A stretch of 55,348 bases of DNA from a virus (Duplodnaviria; Caudoviricetes), in IMG/VR virus record IMGVR_UViG_3300010370_000047, positions 1 through 55,348 of that record; one strand, 5' to 3'. The translations under genes were made by a program, and so were the position numbers. Position 1 is the stretch's first letter; the number at the start of each line of letters is the position of its first letter. The notes beneath the pieces are model-generated. The model did no database searches. It was not told where the DNA came from and saw nothing but the letters and a program-made list of their open reading frames with translations. Below, piece by piece: positions 1-9,681 of this stretch.

Positions 1-115
1 CATCCGTTAATGTCGGCAACCAGCCGAATGTCTAACGCTAAAAATGCGACAAACCTGTTTCATTTTTATTAGTACTTAGTTAAATTAAATACGTAGTTCT
101 TCGGAGGTTGACGCT

Positions 116-1231
116 TTGTTCGTCGACAATGATTTTCCGAAGCTGCTCGGTGCGGAGTTATACCGTCCCCATCCTGCGTATGTCGTAGAGATGGCAGCTG
201 AGCCGGTGGTTGTTCACGATTTCTCGAAGCAACCCGGCCAGACCGTACAGCTTGATCGTTACCGTTTCTGGGGCAATCCCGGCTCGAAAGAGTCTCGGGA
301 GCGCACCGCTGAGCAGACCATCGGTACTGCTAACAGCCGGAACATCGTCAAGGACAAGGTGCTCGTGACCCTCCGCGAGTACACCGGTCCTGCCGACCCG
401 ACTGATCCAACCCAGCCCAGCACCTTTAAGATTGCTCGCGAGACTCTGATCACCGCGCAGCGTCTTCTGCTGGACACCGGCAACCTGACTGCCTTCCACC
501 AGTCGATTGGTTCGCTGACCCTGCTCGACGACTATCGTCGGTGGCGCGACCGTGTATTCATCAACGAACTGCTGAAAGCCGTCTCTAAAGGCAAGGCTTC
601 CGACAGCCAAGGTGGATACTACTACCCCGGCGATCTCGCTGTTGGTAGCCTCACCTACGCCAACGCCGAGCAAGCTAAGTTCGACGTTAAGGACGACCTG
701 CTGCGCGTGGTGAAGAGCCTGCGTAAGCGTAACGTTCCTACCTACCAGGACGGTTTCTATCGCTGCGTTTGCGATCCTACCTTCCTGATGCACCTGCGTC
801 AGAACAGCGACTTCCGTGAAGTTGCTCGTTACCCTGGCAATGGTCAGATCAACCCGCTCATGTCGGCGATGCAGCCTAACGCTGCTATCTACATGGGTCA
901 GGGCTTCGGTCAAGCCACCTTTGTGGCGGGTGAGCCGATCATGCCCACCGGTTTCGTGTTTGAAGGCGTGCGATTCTTCGAATCCACCAACATGCCTACT
1001 CAAACCGCAACCGCAACCATCGCTGGTACCAATAAGTCTTACGACACCGCGATTGGTATGTTCTTCGGTCCCCAGAGCGTGGGCGTCGGTATCGGCGGCA
1101 ACAACGCTCAGGTGCTCCTGAACAACAACGACGACTTCAGCCGTTTCATCATGATGATTTGGAGCCTGTACGCAGGTTTCGAACTTCTGAACGCTGATTT
1201 CGCCACCATCGGCTACTCCTTTAGCGCTTGA
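116..1231 (+). CDS. Major capsid protein (HK97-fold, N4-gp56-like)
   Basis: 371 aa. GGAGG at 103-107 precedes the TTG start. Strong C/T-ending codon bias suggests high expression. N-terminal FSKQPGQTVQL, central YRCVCDP...LRQNSDF, FEGVRFFES and C-terminal NDDFSR...W..YAGF follow the pattern of N4-gp56-type capsid proteins (from memory). Confidence 0.75.
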   Translation: MFVDNDFPKLLGAELYRPHPAYVVEMAAEPVVVHDFSKQPGQTVQLDRYRFWGNPGSKESRERTAEQTIGTANSRNIVKDKVLVTLREYTGPADPTDPTQPSTFKIARETLITAQRLLLDTGNLTAFHQSIGSLTLLDDYRRWRDRVFINELLKAVSKGKASDSQGGYYYPGDLAVGSLTYANAEQAKFDVKDDLLRVVKSLRKRNVPTYQDGFYRCVCDPTFLMHLRQNSDFREVARYPGNGQINPLMSAMQPNAAIYMGQGFGQATFVAGEPIMPTGFVFEGVRFFESTNMPTQTATATIAGTNKSYDTAIGMFFGPQSVGVGIGGNNAQVLLNNNDDFSRFIMMIWSLYAGFELLNADFATIGYSFSA

Positions 1232-1245
1232 GGAGGTAACTAACG

Positions 1246-2118
1246 ATGGCAATTAATCCCGCTCAGATCTCCGTTACCAAGATCTATCCTGGTAACTACA
1301 CGAACGTTCTTCGGTATTGGCACGAGTCCAAGTCCGTTGACTTTCTGAATGAAAACGGCAGCCCCGAGACGCTGGCTAACCAGCCTGTCGGTGGTCCCGT
1401 TGGTGTGATCTTCCGTCCCGGTTGGATCGCTCAGCAAGCTGTTGGTTACGTTGACCTGTCTTATCAGGCTCTGGGTACCAACAACCAGCTCGACTACTAC
1501 ACCACCCCTTGGGGTTCCGGTCAGAATGGTGCTCCCCAGCCCTTCCTGAACGGGAATGTGATCATTCCCTCCCCGGATTTCCACAAGGATATCCGTGCCG
1601 ACATCACCAACGGCATCACCGTTCCCTCCGGTGCCTATGTGTACCGTGTGGGCCTCCGTCTCGACGGCGGCGATGTGGTGAGCAGCGGTGTGGCCGGCGG
1701 TTCCGCTACCCCCACCCTGGGTCTCGGCCCGAACGTGGGCGTGGGTCTGTCCACCACCCCCAGCGTCAGCGGCTTCTTCGCCACTGTTGCAGGTTCGAAC
1801 AGCCGTATCGAAAACGGTTCGTTCAATTCCAGCAATGCCTGGAACCCTGCAAATATGCACGTGGTGACCGCTGACACCACCTACAAGCTGTACACCGTGG
1901 GCAATCTCGGTGGCACCGCTGCTTCAGGTCTGGCTCAAGCTTCCGGTGTGTACGATCCTCGTGCTCAGTCCGGTAAGCTTTCCGCCAAGAACAAAGCACT
2001 CGCTCTGTGCGAAGTGTGCTGGCTCGTCCCCGATGAGCCGCCCAAGCGCGACGATGTGGCCCTGCAGCCCGCTGGTCTGGTTGAGTCCAGCATCTACACC
2101 TCGACGACTCCGGCCTGA
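1246..2118 (+). CDS. Highly expressed virion protein (capsid decoration / minor capsid candidate)
   Basis: GGAGG RBS immediately after the capsid stop, same codon bias as the capsid gene, G/S/T/V-rich, followed by a strong terminator. Confidence 0.5.
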   Translation: MAINPAQISVTKIYPGNYTNVLRYWHESKSVDFLNENGSPETLANQPVGGPVGVIFRPGWIAQQAVGYVDLSYQALGTNNQLDYYTTPWGSGQNGAPQPFLNGNVIIPSPDFHKDIRADITNGITVPSGAYVYRVGLRLDGGDVVSSGVAGGSATPTLGLGPNVGVGLSTTPSVSGFFATVAGSNSRIENGSFNSSNAWNPANMHVVTADTTYKLYTVGNLGGTAASGLAQASGVYDPRAQSGKLSAKNKALALCEVCWLVPDEPPKRDDVALQPAGLVESSIYTSTTPA

Positions 2119-2144
2119 TATAGTCAGGACGCGAACCACGGGGG

Positions 2145-2171
2145 CCCCCTCTTCGGAGGGGGTTTTTTATT
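2145..2171 (+). terminator. Rho-independent terminator of the capsid operon
   Basis: CCCCCTC-TTCG-GAGGGGG (cUUCGg tetraloop) followed by TTTTTTATT. Confidence 0.9.
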
Positions 2172-2210
2172 TGCGTGTAGCTATACTGAGTGTCGATAAC
2201 TGATCACATA

Positions 2211-2645
2211 ATGGCAGTCGCCGAAATGAAGGAGTACACGTTCACCCCCAACGGTGTAAAAGTCTCCGTCATCAGTGTTCACGATGATGGTGAATACTAC
2301 ATGGTTAAGTCGGTAACTACCGGTAAAATCTTCTTCGCTCATAAGAATCAGATTGTCGAAAAAGAGGTAGAGGCGGAAGCAACCGAGAAATCAACAAAAC
2401 AGCGCCGTGGCCGCACTATCGCTAAACCAGAGGTTCCCGCTTTCAATCGAATCAATATCAACAGCGCTCCTCCTGAACTCCTAACTCAAGTCTTAAAAGG
2501 AGTCGGAATGAAAACTGCGGTTCAAATTAAAGAGCTGCAGCAAAGTATGCCTGGAGAGCGCTTCTCTAAACTTGAACAGCTTAAGGAAATCAAACACGTT
2601 GATTGGGATTCGGTTCTGGCCGACGATCACGTTTACGTAGAGTGA
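2211..2645 (+). CDS. Helix-hairpin-helix (ComEA-like) DNA-binding protein
   Basis: RININSAPPELLTQVLKGVGMKTAVQI...FSKLEQLKEI matches the ComEA HhH pattern. ATG 2211 is preferred over GTG 2190 because a TATACT box lies at 2182-2187. Confidence 0.7.
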   Translation: MAVAEMKEYTFTPNGVKVSVISVHDDGEYYMVKSVTTGKIFFAHKNQIVEKEVEAEATEKSTKQRRGRTIAKPEVPAFNRININSAPPELLTQVLKGVGMKTAVQIKELQQSMPGERFSKLEQLKEIKHVDWDSVLADDHVYVE

Positions 2646-2690
2646 TATAACTAGGAGCCCTAGAATGTAAAAAAATTAGGGTTCTGTTTT

Positions 2691-3323
2691 GTGTCTCAGC
2701 TCCTGACCTCTCAGCTTCAGCAAATCGAGAGATTTCTCGCTGAGCAAGGGGTCATTTTTACTGACCAGATAACAGACGCAACTAAACGCGAAGTTGTATA
2801 TGCAGCAGTAAATCAATTAACCCGTAACGGTTTTGAAACAGAAAGTCATGCTTTATGTCAGTATGATTTTGATCGTGTCTGTTATCACTTAAATTACAAT
2901 ATAGCTTCGGTTGATCCTGCCGATTACTCTCGATTACTAGAAGCTTGTAATAACATTCCTAGTGAATTTTATTACGGTAAAGTTGTAGAGCAGATACAAC
3001 GCTGCGAGACAGCAGAACCCCTCTGTGAGCTAGCTAATAATCGCGCTACTAATCGTCAAGAAATAATTTTGGGTGACGGTACTGAAATCTTGAATCGTTC
3101 TATCGCGATTCAAGATAAACGTGTTGTTGCCCGCCTGTGGCGAGAAAACTATTTATTCGAATGTGACCGATTGTCTCACATTCTTCATGTCGTTAATTAT
3201 AAAGATCCGGTAATAGCCCAGTCCCGTTTTATCGAGACTGAGGGAGATTTTATTCAGGGTTATCCTGGTCCTCCTAATCCCGCTTTGGCGGATGATTTGT
3301 ATTTTTCTACCAATTGGCACTAA
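2691..3323 (+). CDS. Hypothetical virion-associated protein, paralog A
   Basis: Colinear with 3354-3974 throughout (TKRE..YA..NQL.RN, DYSRL..ACN.IPSE, RQE.ILGD, PGPP, YF.TNW). Confidence 0.6.
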   Translation: MSQLLTSQLQQIERFLAEQGVIFTDQITDATKREVVYAAVNQLTRNGFETESHALCQYDFDRVCYHLNYNIASVDPADYSRLLEACNNIPSEFYYGKVVEQIQRCETAEPLCELANNRATNRQEIILGDGTEILNRSIAIQDKRVVARLWRENYLFECDRLSHILHVVNYKDPVIAQSRFIETEGDFIQGYPGPPNPALADDLYFSTNWH

Positions 3324-3353
3324 GTAGAATATTTATAACCAGGGAGAAGCAGC

Positions 3354-3974
3354 GTGGCTGATTTAACTACGCAAGAATTAGAACAGATCCAGAGTTATTT
3401 AGCTCAGCAGGGTATTGTTTTTCAACCGGATACGGTTGATGGTACTAAACGTGAAATAATATACGCAACGATTAATCAGCTTGCCAGAAACCCTGCCCAG
3501 GTTTTCGGATATCGTTTAGACGATTTTAACTTTAGTCGTGTCGCGTATCATCTTGGGTACAACATAGCCACGGTTCCTGCTGGCGATTATTCCCGCTTGA
3601 TGCAGGCTTGCAACAGTATTCCCAGCGAAGTTTACGTCGATAAAATTGTGCAGCAGATTGAGCGCTGTGAAGAAGCAGAGCGTCTAACTGAACTTGCAAC
3701 TGGGCGTGCCACAAGTCGTCAAGAAACGATTTTGGGTGACGTTAACCGCTCCATCAATATCCAAGACAAACGCGAAACAGCTCGTATCTGGCGCGAGAAT
3801 TATGTGTTTGAAACGGATCGTTTGGCCCAAATGTTGTACGTGGCTAACTATCGGAACCCGGTAACAAACAGATATCGGTTTGAACGTAGCGGAGCTTCAT
3901 TCGTTCAGGCTATTCCGGGACCTCCTACAGCATCTCGTGCTGATCGAATTTATTTTTATACGAACTGGCGCTAG
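3354..3974 (+). CDS. Hypothetical virion-associated protein, paralog B
   Basis: Tandem paralog of 2691-3323. GGAG RBS and TAGAAT box upstream. Confidence 0.6.
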   Translation: MADLTTQELEQIQSYLAQQGIVFQPDTVDGTKREIIYATINQLARNPAQVFGYRLDDFNFSRVAYHLGYNIATVPAGDYSRLMQACNSIPSEVYVDKIVQQIERCEEAERLTELATGRATSRQETILGDVNRSINIQDKRETARIWRENYVFETDRLAQMLYVANYRNPVTNRYRFERSGASFVQAIPGPPTASRADRIYFYTNWR

Positions 3975-4006
3975 ACTTCTCTTAGCTTAGAAATTACGTA
4001 GATCTA

Positions 4007-5587
4007 ATGGCTCCTAAACCTTTAACAGCCCAGGATCTTATGAACCTGGCAGGTGTTTTTGCTGGAGCCATAGGCGGTCAATTCCGTAAAGCCGCTGGGA
4101 GAGCTGGTGTTTTGCCTGCTGAAAGGCAGCTCCCTCGTGAAACCATTCAATCTGTCCAGGGAGTTTTTACCCCTCCCGCAAAACCGGCTGTTCGTGCAGG
4201 CGGTGGGTCAACATTTCGCATGGGCGCTGCAGAAACCCCTCCTGCTGCGCCTCCCGTTCGTCGTCCCGAGCCCCCCGTAGCTGGAATCTTCCAGCCTTCT
4301 TTAACTCCTGTTGTTCGTTCGACGGCTCAATCCTCTGTCCAAGCTCCTCCTGTTAACGTCCCGACTCCGAGTCAGGTCGTTACACGTCCTTCTGTAGAGA
4401 TTGATCCACGTCAAGTTTATGGTCCTTCTTTAGAGGCTCCTGCTCCGTCCGTTCAAGCCGAACGGTTTATCCCTAAAGGCGCCGAAATTTTTCAGCCTTC
4501 GTTGATGGGTCGATACAACCCCCAAACGCAGAACATGAGCCCCACCCAGATGAGTGGGAAATTCAGAAAAGGGTTTGCCAGCGAGTTTGAATACGCCCCC
4601 GGTGGTACTCGCACCTTTAGTGATGAAACCTTTGTTGGTCCTCTCCAGGCAGCCCCGACCCCCTCGGTCCGAGCTACTCCCGACGCTGCCGGTACTGTTT
4701 ACGATCAGCTTCCCTTGAATCTTCGTACCGACATTACCTCAGCGTGGACTCCTCAAGGTGCCGCACTTCGGAATGCGTTAACTAATCTGCAGGGGAAGCT
4801 TCCTCTCTTAGCTGGTCTGGGGACTGCGGGTATAACTGCGGCAGGTGTTACCGCTTATAACTTGTTTGGCGGTCAAGGAGAAGAAGCTCCTCTTGGCCCC
4901 ACAACATCCGCTCCACCGGTTTCTTTAGAGGAGGAAACTGCTCCTAATAATGTCGATGCTTCGCGAGCTGCCGCTCAAACTGAAACAGCCCGAGCCGCAG
5001 CCGCCGACCTAGCGGGTGGTGACCTGAGTGCCCGGACTCAACGCTTTAGTGACCGGGACAGCAACTTGACTCAAGCTCGGCAAGCTGCTGAAGCGAGCGC
5101 TCGTCTCGATCCTTCGCGGACAGGCGGTGCCGCGACAGCCCCCACACGATCCGACGTGGGCGCTCCTGCTGATTACAAACAGATCGCGCAATACTATGCG
5201 GCTCGCCGCCAGGAGGCTTTAAAGCCGAAAACTACTGATGAAACCCTCCTTGAGCTTCAAGCTACCGGCGCTCTGGATAAACCCGGTATTGCTCAATGGG
5301 CCGCCGCTAATCCTGTTCTCGCTTATGAGTTGAATCAGAAACTTCGCGCTCGCGATATTTCTCAGCAAAGTCAAAATAATGTTGGCGCAACAATTACGGC
5401 GCCTCTTGGTTCTAATGTTCAGAATCTCGTTCCTGGTAGTACTCAGGGATTAATTGATGCTGCTGAAGGTCGTGATCCTGCGATCAAAAACGTAACTGAT
5501 GCAACCGTGACAACAACTATTGCGCCGATGCCAAAGGAGCTGCAAGCTTTCTTCGCTCGTGCTGGTTTTCAGAACCGCGCCTACTGA
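4007..5587 (+). CDS. Pro/Ala-rich, largely disordered protein (internal virion/ejection protein candidate)
   Basis: 526 aa, low complexity, one hydrophobic segment (LPLLAGLGTAGITAAGVTAYNLFGG), located in the structural module. Confidence 0.45.
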   Translation: MAPKPLTAQDLMNLAGVFAGAIGGQFRKAAGRAGVLPAERQLPRETIQSVQGVFTPPAKPAVRAGGGSTFRMGAAETPPAAPPVRRPEPPVAGIFQPSLTPVVRSTAQSSVQAPPVNVPTPSQVVTRPSVEIDPRQVYGPSLEAPAPSVQAERFIPKGAEIFQPSLMGRYNPQTQNMSPTQMSGKFRKGFASEFEYAPGGTRTFSDETFVGPLQAAPTPSVRATPDAAGTVYDQLPLNLRTDITSAWTPQGAALRNALTNLQGKLPLLAGLGTAGITAAGVTAYNLFGGQGEEAPLGPTTSAPPVSLEEETAPNNVDASRAAAQTETARAAAADLAGGDLSARTQRFSDRDSNLTQARQAAEASARLDPSRTGGAATAPTRSDVGAPADYKQIAQYYAARRQEALKPKTTDETLLELQATGALDKPGIAQWAAANPVLAYELNQKLRARDISQQSQNNVGATITAPLGSNVQNLVPGSTQGLIDAAEGRDPAIKNVTDATVTTTIAPMPKELQAFFARAGFQNRAY

Positions 5588-5616
5588 GCTAAACTTTAAT
5601 TAACTAGGTTTTATCG

Positions 5617-5982
5617 ATGCCTAACCCTTATACCTGGGGAGATACAGCCGGTATAAATCCGATGAGCGGATTTGGGTTAGCCGATCCTATCGTCAATGTC
5701 CCTGTTCCCGGCACCGAGACAGGTGGTGGAATGGATTGGAACAAGACCCTGTTAGGTGCCGGTGCTTTATTTGAAGGCATCGGCCAATTAGCCCGTGGCA
5801 TAAGAGGGGAACCTCCAGCACCTATGGGTATGGCAACTAGGGCATTGAGCGATTATCTGAATCAGGGTCGGCAGGAATCTATGCTCGCCCGTTTATTAGA
5901 GCAATTATCCGAAGATAATACCGGGATAGCACTCACGTTAAAACCCGGTACTAAAGATATCACTAAAACAAGTGAGGGTTAA
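5617..5982 (+). CDS. Hypothetical protein
   Basis: 121-aa ORF in operon order, TAAACT box at 5590-5595. Confidence 0.55.
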   Translation: MPNPYTWGDTAGINPMSGFGLADPIVNVPVPGTETGGGMDWNKTLLGAGALFEGIGQLARGIRGEPPAPMGMATRALSDYLNQGRQESMLARLLEQLSEDNTGIALTLKPGTKDITKTSEG

Positions 5983-5984
5983 TC

Positions 5985-6554
5985 ATGAGCACGACAAGCA
6001 CTAACAAGCAGCCCTGTTTAATTGACCGCCCTTTTCTTCGGGGCGCTCGCATTAATAACAGCACTCCAACCTGTAACCCCACCAATCCGAACCTTACTGA
6101 TCTTATTCAGTTAGTCCGCGTGGGTGATCTCCCCTCGGAAGATGGTGCTTTGGTGGAGGATATCTCCATCGTAAGTAACGAAGATTATCCGGATAACAGT
6201 GGTATTCGTACCGCCGATATCGCTTTATATGTTTACGCTCCTAATCAGGCAGCGCCGTCCACGTCCGCTGCATTGATGGTCGGGCGGTTTGAAGTCGGTC
6301 TAAGTGGATCTACTTTTGGTTATCCGCAGCAAGTTCAATTACTAGGTATTAATGCTCCTGTTCCTCAAGTCGGGGATACAAGTTTGGTTGCTCCGATTCA
6401 GATCGGTAAGGGTGAGGGTTTGTATCTAGAAAAAGGTTACATTCTGTGTGCTGGTTACATCGGTACGGGCCCTGCCGGCGCTTCTGGTGTACGCGCCTCG
6501 GGTGGTCTGAGTCCCTCCGGCATTACGATTCTGGCTCAAGGCGGTTTTTATTAA
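5985..6554 (+). CDS. Hypothetical virion structural protein
   Basis: 189 aa, beta-rich, tightly coupled to its neighbours. Confidence 0.5.
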   Translation: MSTTSTNKQPCLIDRPFLRGARINNSTPTCNPTNPNLTDLIQLVRVGDLPSEDGALVEDISIVSNEDYPDNSGIRTADIALYVYAPNQAAPSTSAALMVGRFEVGLSGSTFGYPQQVQLLGINAPVPQVGDTSLVAPIQIGKGEGLYLEKGYILCAGYIGTGPAGASGVRASGGLSPSGITILAQGGFY

Positions 6555-6557
6555 ACC

Positions 6558-8096
6558 GTGGCCCGGCGTAAAGGGTCGGATAATTTTGGTTTTAAAAGCT
6601 CGAAAGCTAATCCGAGCTTTGAAAAACCTCTAGGTATTACTGGTGCCGATAACCCTAATCAATTAATTAATCCTCTTCCGTTCAAACGTAGGTTTAGACC
6701 TGCAACGGGAACTAAGGATTTCAGCATCCTTAGTGATTACGATTACGCGTCGCTTTGGGTTCGTTGGCGACGTGGATATGAGCTTGCTATGTATTCGCAG
6801 CAAGCTTATGACGGTATGACATACAGCTTTAAATACTATTTATTAGGTACACCCGGTGTTGGTTTATTTCTACCGGGTATTGCCTTCATGTACCCATCCA
6901 CGCGGCCAGACATGCGGATGTGGATGGTAGGTATTCGACCTAGAGATTCCTTTAACTTCCTTAATTTTGGTTATGCTATCGCCGCCGTTACGGATTATGA
7001 CGCTGATACCTATGCTGTCAAACTAAATAGTAATTTTGGCGCACCTATTTCTTTTTTTACGGGAGAAGTCCTTTCAAATAGATTTACAGCAGCCGGTACT
7101 GATAAACAATATGGTTTTAACAACTATACAGTTAAGGCTATAGGAATAAATAACGTCCCTGTAAGTAATCCTGGTTACGCTCCTATATACAATACTTTAT
7201 TCTTATCACACGCGAAAGATAATAGCTGGGCTGTTATTAACGCAAACACAATGGCAGTTCCTGCCACTGGGCCTCCTGCTGTCGGAGAATATCTAACCAC
7301 GGAAATGAGGTCTCAATGTACTTGCCCGGATTTCCTCGGGCGAGAAGGTTTTAACCTGTACGATTTATCGATACGGCGAAAGTACCCCTATACGAGAGTT
7401 CAAAACTTTGATCCGGGTTTTTATGACGGTGGACCTGACTTAGGTTCTGAAAGAATTCAACAGTCTAGTGACAGTCCAGGTTGGGCTAGAACTTTTGGAT
7501 TTATCTACCTAAACCAGATATACAACATACCTGAGTACACCGAAGCTGTGTATTCAGACCCTAACGTTTATTATTATCAGCCGCGTTGGTGTAAGCACAT
7601 CTACGCGGCTATGTGGGATCTTAAATTTCGTTTTGGTCAGAATTCAACAAGTTCTCCTTGGTTGCCACAACCAAACGATGAACCAATGAACGAGTATTAC
7701 AGAGAGAAGTTTGACGTAGATCTAGCAAAACAATTTAGTTTCTTCAAACGGGAGCGCGACCTTGTTTGGTGGCAACGGTATAGTCCTGCTAAGGATTCTA
7801 TGCCGCAGCAGATGATGTATCCAGATATGTATAATATGATGTCTAAAACGTTAAATAGCGGGGGTGTTAATAGTACACAAACTCTAGAAGCTAACAGTTT
7901 TCAGATGTTTACCGTCGACGAGTTTGATCCATTCGCTCCGGTAAGCTTGGAAAATTTAAACGTATACGACGGAGGTACTTACGCTAATGGTGTTCTCGTT
8001 AATCAACCTGTTAACACATTTAACGGAGGACAGTATATTAATGGTCAGCTAGTCCCCGCTCCGAGTTTCCCGATTAACGGGGGCGTATACACATGA
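6558..8096 (+). CDS. Large protein with split SWIM-type Zn finger and C-terminal (D/N)GGxY repeats
   Basis: QCTCPDF ... WCKHIYA (CxC...CxH). C-terminus has YDGGTY, FNGGQY and INGGVY. Confidence 0.55.
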   Translation: MARRKGSDNFGFKSSKANPSFEKPLGITGADNPNQLINPLPFKRRFRPATGTKDFSILSDYDYASLWVRWRRGYELAMYSQQAYDGMTYSFKYYLLGTPGVGLFLPGIAFMYPSTRPDMRMWMVGIRPRDSFNFLNFGYAIAAVTDYDADTYAVKLNSNFGAPISFFTGEVLSNRFTAAGTDKQYGFNNYTVKAIGINNVPVSNPGYAPIYNTLFLSHAKDNSWAVINANTMAVPATGPPAVGEYLTTEMRSQCTCPDFLGREGFNLYDLSIRRKYPYTRVQNFDPGFYDGGPDLGSERIQQSSDSPGWARTFGFIYLNQIYNIPEYTEAVYSDPNVYYYQPRWCKHIYAAMWDLKFRFGQNSTSSPWLPQPNDEPMNEYYREKFDVDLAKQFSFFKRERDLVWWQRYSPAKDSMPQQMMYPDMYNMMSKTLNSGGVNSTQTLEANSFQMFTVDEFDPFAPVSLENLNVYDGGTYANGVLVNQPVNTFNGGQYINGQLVPAPSFPINGGVYT

Positions 8097-8767
8097 CTTC
8101 AACACCTGTTGTTCTTCTTCTTAAACGTTCGGGTCAATCTTCGGACAGACCTAGTGGAACTGTTGTTCAAAACGGTGAACTAGCTCTTGCTTTTGGCGCT
8201 TCAGATCCGGGTCTCTATTTCGAAGATTCTGCTGGTTCGATCCGTAAACTCGGCCCCAATCACTACGGAACTACAGCCCCTAACTCCTCTCCAGTCGGTC
8301 TAGCCGGGAATTCAATTGGGGAGACTTGGGTAGATAGTTCTACGACAAATTACTATTTAAAAGTATGGAACGGTACAGCGTGGGTCAAGGGAGGCGCCGG
8401 GTTTGCCGATTCCGCTACCACTGCCGGATCGGCTACAACAGCTGGCGTTGCTAATAGTGCTGTTGTAGCCTCAGGGGCCTTAGTAGCTTCTGGTTGCATT
8501 ACCGCATCTGGTGCTTTAATGGCCTCCGGTTGTATATCTGCGTCGGGTGCTCGAATGGCATCCGGGTGCATTTTGGCCTCGGGAGCTATTTCAGCTTCAG
8601 GGTGTATAACTGCGTCAGGAGCAGTTAGCGCAGCTACTGTTGTTTTGAGCGGATTACCTTCTCCCGCAAATTATCCTTCAGGAGCACTTTTTTATCAAAT
8701 ACAGTCCTCCGGAGTCTTCGCTGCCGGTCTTTATATCCAAGCGACGGGAGCGTGGCTTCTGACTTAA
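8093..8767 (+). CDS. Fibre/spike protein with hexapeptide ASG repeats
   Basis: N-terminal LLLKRS..RP...GELAL...PGLYFEDSAG resembles the cyanophage fibre N-terminal module. GETWVD...LKVWNG motif, then nine xxxASG repeats. Confidence 0.6.
   Translation: MTSTPVVLLLKRSGQSSDRPSGTVVQNGELALAFGASDPGLYFEDSAGSIRKLGPNHYGTTAPNSSPVGLAGNSIGETWVDSSTTNYYLKVWNGTAWVKGGAGFADSATTAGSATTAGVANSAVVASGALVASGCITASGALMASGCISASGARMASGCILASGAISASGCITASGAVSAATVVLSGLPSPANYPSGALFYQIQSSGVFAAGLYIQATGAWLLT
8459..8620 (+). repeat. Nine in-frame 18-nt repeats encoding (A/C)xxASG
   Basis: AVVASG ALVASG CITASG ALMASG CISASG ARMASG CILASG AISASG CITASG, with synonymous codons diverged. Confidence 0.85.
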
Positions 8768-9309
8768 TTTCTAAGTGTTGACTTTAGGAACCACGCTGCT
8801 TTAAACATCATTCCAACTAATTCGGCCATATAGTTTTCTACGTCAGGGGCCTGCACCTCTTTCGCGGTACATCCAACATCTTTAGCCATCATTCCGCAGG
8901 CTTCCAGATTTTTTGTATACGTAGTAAGCATCTCCCGCGCTTCGTAAGATTTTACGTGTTTAAATCCTTTGTATGCGGAGCTTAGCCCACGGTCGCACAT
9001 TGGCATTAAATAATCCATCGTCCGCACAAATTCAGCTACGGCATCAAACTGATTGATGTGTGCGTCGTACTGTTCTTTTAAAAATTCGTGAACAGGTAAA
9101 AACAGAGGACCTTCTATATTTAGATGAATTAGGTGAGACTGAGTGTAAAGTTGATTTAAATAGGAAGAAAGCGACACCAATTGAGTGATTAAGTCATCAA
9201 CCGATGCCGCTGGTTTTGTCTCAACTTCGCCGACAATCATGCCCTGAGGTTCTGGAGCCCCCTGTGGGACTACAGGCATCCCAGATTCGAATGCGGCGGA
9301 GTAAGTCAT
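8764..9309 (-). CDS. dps: Dps / ferritin-like DNA protection protein
   Basis: HLNIEGPLFLPVHEFLKEQY...DAVAE matches the Dps signature HWNVxGxxFxxLH...DxxAE, and the C-terminus reads KAAWFLKS. Confidence 0.85.
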   Translation of the reverse strand: MTYSAAFESGMPVVPQGAPEPQGMIVGEVETKPAASVDDLITQLVSLSSYLNQLYTQSHLIHLNIEGPLFLPVHEFLKEQYDAHINQFDAVAEFVRTMDYLMPMCDRGLSSAYKGFKHVKSYEAREMLTTYTKNLEACGMMAKDVGCTAKEVQAPDVENYMAELVGMMFKAAWFLKSTLRN

Positions 9310-9580
9310 ATCTGAAGGAGCAAGCTGCAGCGGTAGAGGTGGCCTCCGCAGTTTCTACTTTAGCGCTAGTCGTGCCTTGAAGATATTCTTCGAGAGCAGA
9401 CTTGTTCACCCGATACAACGACTTTGCGCCGTTAGGTTGCAGGTTCACATACACGCTTTTAGGCCAACCGCCAGGCTGATTTGCTTCGGCGAGTGCGATG
9501 CGCTTCCGAACAAATCCACTACTGCAGTTAAGCAGCTCTGCTGTTTCTGCGATTGTAAGGAGAGTTTTACCGTCCGACAT
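9221..9580 (-). CDS. Excisionase/MerR-like HTH DNA-binding protein
   Basis: LLTIAETAELLNCSSGFVRKRI...YRVNKSALEEYL. The 3' end overlaps dps by 89 nt. Confidence 0.7.
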   Translation of the reverse strand: MSDGKTLLTIAETAELLNCSSGFVRKRIALAEANQPGGWPKSVYVNLQPNGAKSLYRVNKSALEEYLQGTTSAKVETAEATSTAAACSFRYDLLRRIRIWDACSPTGGSRTSGHDCRRS

Positions 9581-9681
9581 TTAGTGCTCTTGTAGAGAAG
9601 CAACGATGCCATGGTAACCCTATTTGTCTTCATCGCAACCAACTTTTTGGGGCGTAATACCTTCTTAATTTTTCAGTCGGT

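Noticed and set aside
158-1252. 364-aa antisense ORF over the capsid gene (also 1240-1860)
   Set aside because: Expected shadow of strongly biased codon usage on the sense strand; no protein-like features.
8459-8620. ASG as an MIO cofactor-forming motif
   Set aside because: MIO formation needs the ammonia-lyase fold; these are periodic repeats in a fibre.
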